Shown here: in pieces, positions 13,201 through 21,787 of the stretch
How positions within the stretch are numbered: the first letter of the stretch is position 1
Layout: every line of letters starts with the position of its first letter
Assembly (NCBI GenBank): GCA_050084515.1
Contig: CM114271.1
Coordinates: 44,020,001-44,084,000, forward strand
Direction: 5' to 3'
DNA from: Blasia pusilla
Taxonomy: Eukaryota
Length of the DNA: 64,000 nucleotides
Position numbers and translations under genes: made by a program
Notes under the pieces: model-generated
What the model was told of the DNA's origin: nothing
Seen by the model: the letters and a program-made list of their open reading frames with translations, nothing else
Database searches by the model: none

Positions 13201-14150
13201 GGTGTTAGGGTGTTAAATCTCTTCGGAGGGATTAGCACCGGATTGGCGGCACTATTGCAGGCGGGCATACGGGTGCATCAGTACCTTTATGTGGAGAGAG
13301 ATGAGACCGCGCGGCGAGTATCATTACGTCACGTGGCGAGATTGATCCAGAGGTATACTGAGTTTTTGTCGGTATCTGCAGTACGGGGATACCAGCATAT
13401 GCTACCCGCCGACATCTCTTTAGTGGGGGCGCAGGATCTGGATAGAGTTGGCACCATTCATTTGGTGATTGCTGGATGGCCATGTCAGGGTCATTCATCA
13501 GCTGGCCGAGGATTTGGATTGCAAGATCCGAGGTCAGGAATGTTTTGGGAGATGCTGCGAGTATTACGACACTTGCAAGAGAGTCAGATATGTTCTCCAG
13601 CGTACATTTTGGAGAACGTGCCGTTGTTAGGAGACACTCGTGCACATGTGATGACGAGTGTACATCATGTGAGGTCCTGGTTGGGACCTGCTGTGTTGTT
13701 AGATGCAGCGAGAGTTGGGGTCACGTGCCCATCGTCCACGACTGTGGTGGGCGAACCTGATACCATCAGAGGTACTGAGTCGAGCATACGGTGGAGTCCA
13801 GAGAGCACCACATCTCACAGTGGATGCTATTTTGGGCTCAGGGCGTCGATCTCAGGTGGTGACACGGGATGATAGACCATCGTTGGCCATGGCCAATAGG
13901 GTGGGGGAGTTGAGGGCAGCCTTACCTATGTTGGTGAGCTTCCCAGCATCCCATGCCTTTCGTCAGGGAGGGCCATGCATGATTTGGGATGAGGTGACCG
14001 GAGCATTGGAGGAGCCTATAGCAGATGAGCACGAGCGCGCCATGGGGTTCACTACCGGTACTACGGTGGTGCGAGGGATGATTGAGGCATCACGGAGACA
14101 GGTGTTGGGGCAAGCGATGGACCTCAACTGTCTCACATGGATAGTACTAG
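13201..14150 (+). pseudogene. DNMT3/DRM-like C5 cytosine DNA methyltransferase domain embedded in pol (one frameshift at about 13718)
   Basis: Motif I VLNLFGGISTG (from 13210), II YLYVERD, IV LVIAGWPCQG (PC at 13480), DPRSGMFWE, VI YILENV (13612), VIII AHRPRLWWAN, IX EHERAMGF, X RRQVLGQAMD. Confidence 0.93.
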
Positions 14151-14452
14151 GTATGGCTGAGCAGAGACGGATGCGAGTGTCATCCATGCCGTCACGTCCA
14201 CGAGTTGGACCACTGCCTACAGGGTCTGTACATGCATTGGTTGGGGGCGAGATGAGGAGAGATAGGCACCCATGGACTTCCTGGGACGTCGTACCAGCAG
14301 AGAGTGCAAAGGCGGCTAGAGTAGCACATGTTCATTTTTCGGATGTGGAGCATGGTGTAGGAGGTCAGAGTGGAGTGGCTGTTGTGGAGGTGGCTAGGGT
14401 TGCTACATAGCAATCAAAGCCGGAGGATGCGTCCTCTCCGAGTGAGGTCACG

Positions 14453-16020
14453 ATGGAGACTTGGGAGCCTGTGATAGGTCTCAAGTTGATAGGAGGAGAG
14501 CGACGGCGAGTTCATAGGTTTTTGAGAGGGCATGTCAGTTGTTTTGCCTCCAGTATGAGAGACTTGGGTACGCTGAAGGGTCCCGGGATACGGATTGAGT
14601 TGGCTAGTGATACGCCGATCTTTCGTCGACCCTATAGGTATTCTGATATGAAGTGAGCCTTGATTCAGAGCGGCAGGGAGAGGACTTGTTGGAGGCAAGA
14701 CTTGTGGAGTTATCACATGGGGAGTATGCATCCGCCACGCAAAGTGATGCGGCGAAGAAGGATATGTATGGAAATTGGACGGATAGGCGGATGTGTGGAG
14801 ATTACCGTCCTATCAACCGCAGCAGACGAGGTCGATTGGTACGCCATGCCTACTCCCGAGGAGATCTTTGATACGGTAGGGCATGCAAAGATCTTCAGAT
14901 ACTTTAGATCTCCGTGTTGGCTATCATCGCCTTCCTATCAAAGGTTGGAGGACAGGAGAAGACAACATTCTAGGGATAGATCGGTTCGGGAGAGATTGCT
15001 TGTATCGGTGGCGGTTCTTACCATTTGGATTGAAGAACGCGCTGCATGGAGTTTCGAGAGAGTGATGCATAGGATTCTGGCTGGCTTGGATTTTGTACGA
15101 TGTTACATAGATGATATTCTTATCTTGATTCCACGGTTGAGGAGCATGAGCGACACTTGGAGGAGGTGTTTGGCGATTGCGTTACATGGACTGAAGTTAC
15201 ATCCGGCAAGTGCAGATTCTTTCAAGAGCAGATTGAGTACTTGGGACACACCATATACCCGAGTGGGTTAGGCGTTCAGACGAAGGTAGAGGCTATTCTT
15301 GCAGATTCCACGCCCTCTGAGATGTGAGTCGAGTCAGAGCATTTCTTGGACTCGAGAACTTCTATCGACGATATGTCAAGGGTTTTAGTGCGATCGCAAA
15401 GTCTTTGACCTTGTTGACAAGACTTGATCAGGTTTGGTTGTAGGGAGATGATCAAGAGCGAGCATTTCAGGAGCTCAAGGATAGGTTGACGTCCTCACCC
15501 ATTTTACAGAGACCGGTTAGGGGTCGCCCATTCCAGTTACATACGGATTGGAGCATGTTGGGTCTAGGAGCAGTGCTTACTCAGAGGGATGACGAGGAGA
15601 GGGAGTTCGTTGTGGCTTACGCGAGCCGATCGAACAACATTGCAGAGGCAAAGTACAGCTCCTACGAGGGAGAGTGCTTGGCTGCAGTGTGGGCCGTGGC
15701 ACATTTTAGGTGCTATTTATTCGGAAACCCTTTCACACTTATCACTGATCATCAGCCGTTGATGTGGTTGATGGAGTCCGACAAGCTTACGGGAAAGCTT
15801 GCCAGGTGGGCTCTATTACTACAGGAGTATGAGTTTGAGGTGGTTCATAGGCGAGGTCGGCTGAACCAGGATGCGGATGGGTTGAGTCGTAACCCATGTC
15901 CGAGTCAGAGAGACGTCAAAGGAGCTCTATGGCACGGAGAGAGTGATGAGGAGATGGTGCCCGGTTGGCATGCATCTGCCTATCTTTGTTGGTTGACTAT
16001 GGTAGGTCAGCCACAGGTGA
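14453..16020 (+). pseudogene. pol: Reverse transcriptase and RNase H of element 1 (frameshifted)
   Basis: RMCGDYRPIN, LDLRVGYH, LPFGLKNA, CYIDDIL. RNase H: LHTDWSMLGLGAVLTQ...VAYASR...YSSYEGECLAAVWAV...TDHQPL. Confidence 0.93.
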
Positions 16021-16159
16021 TGACTCTAGTGGTGGGGTTGGATGATGAGTCTTTGGATCCGGAGGTTAGTGAGGAGGCGGATGGTGTGGTCGTGATATCC
16101 ATGACGACGTGGAGGTTGTGGAGTTCTTGCAAGACCTTTGGCGTCATTAAGAAAGTACA

Positions 16160-17537
16160 GTGAGTGCTAGGGAGCGCGATCAGATCCTACAGAGAGCCAA
16201 GAGGTTCAGGTGGGAGGGGACTCACATTTTGCGGGTATGGGGAGATGGTAGGATACGAGTTGTACCTTATCCTTCCCAACGAGCACGTGTAGTGCGACAT
16301 GCCCATGAGGAGTTGGGACATTTCGGAGTAAAGCGTTGACTTACTCCAGGTTCAATATTGGTGGCGCGGCATGCATACTTTGGGTACAACAGATTTGTGG
16401 CGGATGTATGGTATGTGACATAGTGCGAGCATCCTTCAATGCTCCCACTCATGATTACATCCTTTGCCGATTATGGGTTTAGGTTATCGGTGGAGTTTAG
16501 ACTTTGCGGGACCTTTGCAATTGTGTGAGGCGTCATCATAGGTACGTGTTGGTCATGGTGGAGCATTTCTCCAAGTGGATAGAGTTGGTGGCACTACCAG
16601 ACAAGGCGAGCAAGGGAACAGCTTATGCGTTTCTAGATCGTATGCTTAGTCACCTTGGTGCACCGGCGGAGGTGTTGACTGACCAGGCTACCGAGTTCAG
16701 GGGAGAGTTTCAGGCCTTGTGTGATCAGGCGCTCATAGATCACCGCACCACGTCCAGAGATCATCCTGAGGCGGATGGGTTGGCGGAGAGAGTGGTACAG
16801 ACGGTGAAGAGAGGATTGCGCAAGTATGGCTTGCAGCGGGGATAGTTGAGGGAGTGGGACCTACAGTTGCCATGGTTGGCTATGGATTATCGCTTTAGTC
16901 GGCAGGCATCCTTGGTGTCATTTTCACCGTACTTTTTGCTCTTTGGGAGAGAGCCAAATTTACCTGCAGTGACTCGACGTGACATGGCGGAGGTGTTAGA
17001 TCTTGATGATCCAAATGTGTGGGTACAAGCATGTTCTCAGAGGGCAGAAGTTTTTCATAGAGTTATGCCTATGGCCTTTGAGAACTTAGCTATTGCCCAA
17101 CATAGAGATACATTGAGGTACGCGACCATTCGTGGAGGAGGTTATCATCCAGAATTAGGAGGTTTCATCATGGCGATTACGTGTATTTACAACAGGCAGC
17201 ACCCACGACGCTAGATGTCACTGCAGGGCGCACGATCCTACGTGTGCGCGAGGTATTACCGACCGGAGTCCTCATATTGGAGGGATGGGATGGTATGGTT
17301 TGGAAGGATCATGTGCGCAATTGTGCACCATGTCATCTTCCGAACGTAGATGGGACGGTGGATCCGAGCTTGGCAGTGGTACGTGCATGCTTGAGGTGTA
17401 TGTTGTGCGGATCTGCGAGGGGTGCAGCCACCATGTTGGTATGTGATGGTTGTTCTCGAGGGTGGCATATGTCATGTCTGACCCCCCCTCTTGATGTGGT
17501 TCCCACGGGACAATGGATGTGTCCGAGATGTGTATAG
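16160..17537 (+). pseudogene. pol: DDE integrase with C-terminal PHD finger of element 1
   Basis: HAHEELGHFG (HHCC start), WSLDFAGP, VEHFSKWIE, VLTDQATEF, HPEADGLAERVVQTVK. C4HC3 PHD CMLC...VCDGCSRGWHMSCLTPPLDVVPTGQWMCPRC, then stop. Confidence 0.93.
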
Positions 17538-17603
17538 GGTAGTAGGTCATGTCAGAGAGATGTGATATTTTCTATCTGGAGTTAGGGGGATCCAACTTCC
17601 AGC

Positions 17604-17614
17604 TAGGGGGGCGA
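17604..17614 (+). other. Polypurine tract immediately before repeat B1
   Basis: TAGGGGGGCGA followed by TTG. The same motif precedes B in four other copies (7416-7427 minus, 36521-36531, 47252-47262 minus, 57908-57918). Confidence 0.8.
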
Positions 17615-18368
17615 TTGTGTGATCTCCATGTATATGTATGAGTTGATTTTTGTATATGTGTGGATCGACCCGTGTGTGGGGAAGATCGATGTTGTGTGGT
17701 GTAGATGTGACGAGCGATGTATGTTGTGTAGCGATATGTATCGCACGGCAATTTATCACATCGAGTAGCCGATAGGCCGAGATCTATCGTGGATAGGGCG
17801 TAGGAGCCAGCGGACTATCTTGAGTGTAACTTTGTTCCACGGTGTCGAATGAGGTTGAGGATAGGTCCATTGTGTTAGGAACGTTGTTCTTGACAACTTT
17901 TATGTTGAGGTCTTTTACAATCAGGTGACTTTTTGACCAGGTCACCCGCCCTTGGTAACCTGTGCGCAGGTTACCAAGGGAAGGGCTATTTTTAGGGGAA
18001 GAGCCTTTTGGCTCTTCCCAACCCTATATAAGAGAGGAAGATGGCTTTCCTAAGCCATCTTTCTCATGTTGGGCCGTTGGAGCACCTCCCTTGTATGTGT
18101 GTGAGCTAGGACTAGGGTGCTAGCGTTTGGATTCCTTGATAGCACAGGGTGGGACGAGGCTCGATATGCCGATGTAGATTGAGGAGTGGAGTTTTAGGCC
18201 GGGTGTGCGTTTTTACTACTCTTTATTTTTGTTGTGTGATCTCCATGTATATGTATGAGTTGATTTTTGTACATGTGTGGATCGACCGGTGTGTGGGGAA
18301 GATCGGTGTTGTGTGGTGTAGATGTGACGAGCGATGTATGTTGTGTAGCGATATGTATGCGCACGACA
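17615..18368 (+). repeat. 3' composite repeat B1(17615-17750)-A2(17754-18231)-B2(18232-18368) of element 1
   Basis: ttgtgtgatctccatgtatatgtatgagttg...gcgatatgtat(g)cgcacg(g/a)ca occurs twice, flanking a full copy of A. Confidence 0.92.
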
Positions 18369-19587
18369 AAAGAGAAAATAAATAAAAGATGGATTATAAA
18401 AGTAAAGTAGTGGGATTGCTGCTTTAATAAAAGAAAAACAAAAGTAGTCTTGGTTGGTGGCTAGGATAGTTTGGGTAGTTTGGAAGATATCAAGTGAGTT
18501 AAGGAGGATATTTTTGAAGAGATAAGAGGTAATCTACTTGTGTCAAAATATGATTGACAAAGCCTTGAGAGGAAGCAATGTGGCACAAGATAAGATAAGC
18601 CCTATTTCATACTCTTGTGGATCTCTTGTGAGTATATAAAGACGAGGGACCTTCAAGGGTTCATCACCTTCTACTTCACATCTTGAATTTCTTGCATCAC
18701 TCTTGAGTGGATGGCTTTGGAATTGCTTGATTTTCCAATGAGAGTGGATTATCCTTCTTGGGAGAGTAACTTGGCCATGGTCTATTATTTGAGAGGTTTC
18801 TAGAGTGTGGTATGTGTGGAGATGAGAGACTAGTCACCTTAGAAAAGTTTAGTCATACTAAAGATAATGAATTTTTTGGCTTGATATTTTGCCAATGAGA
18901 GTGGATTATCCCTCTTGGGAGAATTGTTCCGCCAAAATCCAATCTTGAGGAGAGTAGAGAATGTCCGTCAAGTATGGATAGGGATAGACCACGAGTTGTG
19001 CCCTATTTTCCTTTCCTTAACTCGTACCACGTGAAGGTTCTCTTTGTAGATAGGTGTTGGTTTACTCGCTATCTATTTTATCATTTTCGGGAGGTTTTCA
19101 TGAACTAGGTAATGCAATCTCCAACTTCCGTGATTCTTCCTATTGTCAGGTATGGGAGGCCATAGGATTGTATGTTGTATGTTTTTATATAAAAATCCAT
19201 GGATCTTAATAGACCTACTCAAGTAAGGTTTAATACAGTTGTGCAATTTTCCTTGTGTACAAACGTAAAGTACTTTATAGAGACTTCATAGTTAAGAATT
19301 TCGGGGTTCGATGTTATGAAGAAGTGATCGCCTCGGCACTATCATTCGTGATTGCTGTCGTGAGAGAATGGAGGGTTTATATAATAATTTTGTACTGAAA
19401 AAGGAGAACTACTTATAGAGTTTGGCTTGCATTATCCACGCCTATTGCAGCTAGGAGGTCCGCCCTTACTCTTGGAAAAGCTCTCGACACGACAAATGGT
19501 GCTTTTGCTGAGAGCTCTTTGAGGTGGTTGATTTTGTTTACAAGTTGGAGTCTTATCGAGTTGACTACTTTTGGTAGTACTTCATCA

Positions 19588-19935
19588 ATGGGAAGTAAGG
19601 GAGCTGAGCATCCTCTCCGAGCTTTGACAACATTGTTGAGCCAGCAAGGCGGAGTTCATATAGGAGAGCAAAGATCAAGAAGGGCTCTCTAAGCAATTGT
19701 AAAGAAGTTGGGGAGATTTTATGGGAGGAACATCACCAAGTATGTTAGAGAGTACATCTGTGAGATGGAGGTAAACCGTGTACTCGAAGGTGATATGGTG
19801 TCAAGTTTGGAGTTAGCTGTAATACCAGAGATTTGTAGTCAAGTAAAAAAGTTGAGAGCATTCCAAACTCATGGGAGGAGTATGAGTAGTTGCAGAAAGG
19901 ACAATTCTTCGATGGTGATGTGGATCGGGTGATTG
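19588..19935 (+). pseudogene. gag: Gag N-terminal relic of the LTR element that begins at 8440
   Basis: Follows the PBS-like site. MGSKGAEHPL...LGRFYGRNITKYVREYICEMEV resembles Gypsy gag N-termini. Internal stop; truncated. Confidence 0.6.
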
Positions 19936-20900
19936 AGGGGAAAAATATATATAAATCAACATTGGTGACCCAACTTGTTGGAAATCCTATGCTTTAAAAA
20001 GATAGACTATTAAGAGTGAGAAGTTCATTGACATCTAGTATTCCTAAAGTTCGTTTACGACCTTCATATACACCAATTGCGTCATGTACATTAGATATTG
20101 GTAGTACATGTGCTATGTTGTTCAAAGAGGAAGCTTTGCAATCTTCTACCTCGAGGGCTACATCATCTAGACAGAGAGGAAAAAAACTCAAGGAGTCCCT
20201 ACAAATTGCATGGAAAGAGGATATACTTACAAAGCTTGGATAGGTAAAGTTCAGAAGTTGAGGAGAAAAATAGGAAAATATTATAGAAAAATAAGACATG
20301 AAGTATCATTACATGATAGGGGTAGATCTGAACATGTTGGAGAATCCATAACAGAAAACGATGGGATAGAGTGTAAGTTCAATTGGTTCACTCCTGTGAA
20401 TCAATTAGATCCTCATGATAGAAAAGTTGTAGATGCATTCTTAAAAGACAAGAGAACCTTGAGTCTTTAAAATATTTATGACAAAGTATTTACATCAAGC
20501 TTGATGTATATTTCATTGAAATATATTTGTATGATGTCTAAGTGTATTGTATATTCTATTTTTCATTAACATCCAATTGAATCATTGAACTATGCTACTT
20601 TGGTATAAATTGTATATGCATGCAAAAGAGGCCATAGGTTTTTCGAAGATTTTTATAATAGTGAAAGGATTATTAAAATCCATAATTGAAGAAATTATAA
20701 TAGTGATGCCTCAATTAAAAATTGCAAAAAAAAACTAAAGAGGGTCTGATTAATTAAACAAAAATAATAGCGAAGGGTCACTTTAAAGGCCTGCCATCGC
20801 ACATGATGTATTAGACCATCTAGGTGACATCCCCGAGCCTCCAGCTCTGCGTGCAACATGGGACAATGTCATAGATCCAAGCGCTTCGAACTATGCCTCT

Positions 20901-21233
20901 ATGATGTTGGCACCAACATCTCTTAATCCGAGCATACAAGTGCAAGATCTTCCGGATTCGATGAAGGAAATAGCAGTAAGTGAAGGAGGGGCTCTCATGC
21001 CAAACAAGTGGCCCAAATGCATGATCTGCTTCAACCCCATTGTTGGAAAAGATTGCTACGTGACAGGCACATGTAAAGCTTGTTATTGGCATCCATATTG
21101 TCTTCAAAAGGCCATGCTACTATCTCACAAGTGTCCAACTTGTAGGCAAGCTTGGTTAGGAAGACTCTATCACCTTTTTGGCATATCTTTCTTTGCTCGT
21201 GGTGGCAATGCACCACCCACATATCGCAAGTGA
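20901..21233 (+). CDS. Small RING-like zinc-finger ORF, probably transposon-associated
   Basis: C-x2-C-x14-C-x2-C-x2-H-x2-C-x10-C-x2-C: CMIC...CKACYWHPYCLQKAMLLSHKCPTC. Confidence 0.55.
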   Translation: MMLAPTSLNPSIQVQDLPDSMKEIAVSEGGALMPNKWPKCMICFNPIVGKDCYVTGTCKACYWHPYCLQKAMLLSHKCPTCRQAWLGRLYHLFGISFFARGGNAPPTYRK

Positions 21234-21301
21234 ACCCAAGAGCAAGAAAATTTCACTTTCAGTTTGGGACATCGTAGCCCCGATCGAACTATAACCCCGA
21301 A

Positions 21302-21787
21302 GTGAACATAGACGGGGAGGTTCAAACAGAAATCCCTCATCAACATAGGATTGATCCAGCAATGCGAGCGTGGCTAGTCCGCTTCATTGACATGTACGAT
21401 CAAGGAGAGCTCATCCACAGAATAGCCATTGATCTCCAAAATCGAGAGGTAGAAAACTTCTTCTTTGCTGAGGGGTTGAATCCACATGAACTCCGAGACG
21501 CCCTCAACACAGCTCGACAACTTGTGCTAATGCATCATCAAAATCCATTGGTGGATGATCTTATTTTAAGGAGACTAGAATTGATCTTGCCACCTTTCTT
21601 ATGGCAAGATATTCCTCAAAGTACTGAAGGCGGATATCCTCAAACATACTATTACCCTTGTCGAATGCAAGAAGAACTCTTTGGATTCTTCCAGAGAGAG
21701 TGGGAGATATTTCCAACAGAGCCAACACAAGAAGTACGTGATGGTGAAGCCGATGTTGGTGTAATGTATCAGAAGTTTAAGAATTGA
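21302..21787 (+). CDS. Hypothetical protein-like frame downstream of the RING ORF
   Basis: 161 open codons with helical, protein-like composition in an AT-rich context; no recognised domain. Confidence 0.3.
   Translation: MNIDGEVQTEIPHQHRIDPAMRAWLVRFIDMYDQGELIHRIAIDLQNREVENFFFAEGLNPHELRDALNTARQLVLMHHQNPLVDDLILRRLELILPPFLWQDIPQSTEGGYPQTYYYPCRMQEELFGFFQREWEIFPTEPTQEVRDGEADVGVMYQKFKN

Larger units (their letters stand above)
8597..18368 (+). mobile_element. Near-complete Ty3/Gypsy retrotransposon carrying a C5 DNA methyltransferase and a PHD finger, with split direct repeats (element 1)
   Basis: Termini TGTCAC...CACGACA. TSD AAAG at 8593-8596 and 18369-18372. Domains gag-PR-DNMT-RT-RH-INT-PHD in order. 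Repeats A1 8597-9077, B1 17615-17750, A2 17754-18231, B2 18232-18368. Confidence 0.93.
8440..19494 (+). mobile_element. LTR of an unrelated Gypsy-like element (8440-8596 plus 18373-19494), split by the 8597-18368 insertion
   Basis: Starts TGTCG at 8440 and ends CGACA at 19494. Followed after AA by a PBS-like TGGTGCTTTTGCTGAGAGC (19497) and a gag-like frame. TATATAAA at about 18633. Confidence 0.7.

Noticed and set aside
12874-14410. Bacterial restriction-modification MTase, contamination, or a host DNMT gene
   Set aside because: The domain is intronless, continuous with retrotransposon pol, present at the same position in two copies, and has DNMT3-type motifs with no endonuclease partner.
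8597-18368. DIRS/Ngaro/PAT element suggested by split repeats plus a methyltransferase
   Set aside because: No tyrosine recombinase is seen. It has a protease, Gypsy-type RT/RNase H, an HHCC-DDE integrase and a TSD, and the MTase is C5-type (PC, ENV), not the adenine type of DIRS.
17615-18368. B-A-B as an assembly artefact or chance solo-LTR insertion
   Set aside because: The same layout with the same junctions occurs in four copies from two subfamilies, and B1 and B2 differ by substitutions.
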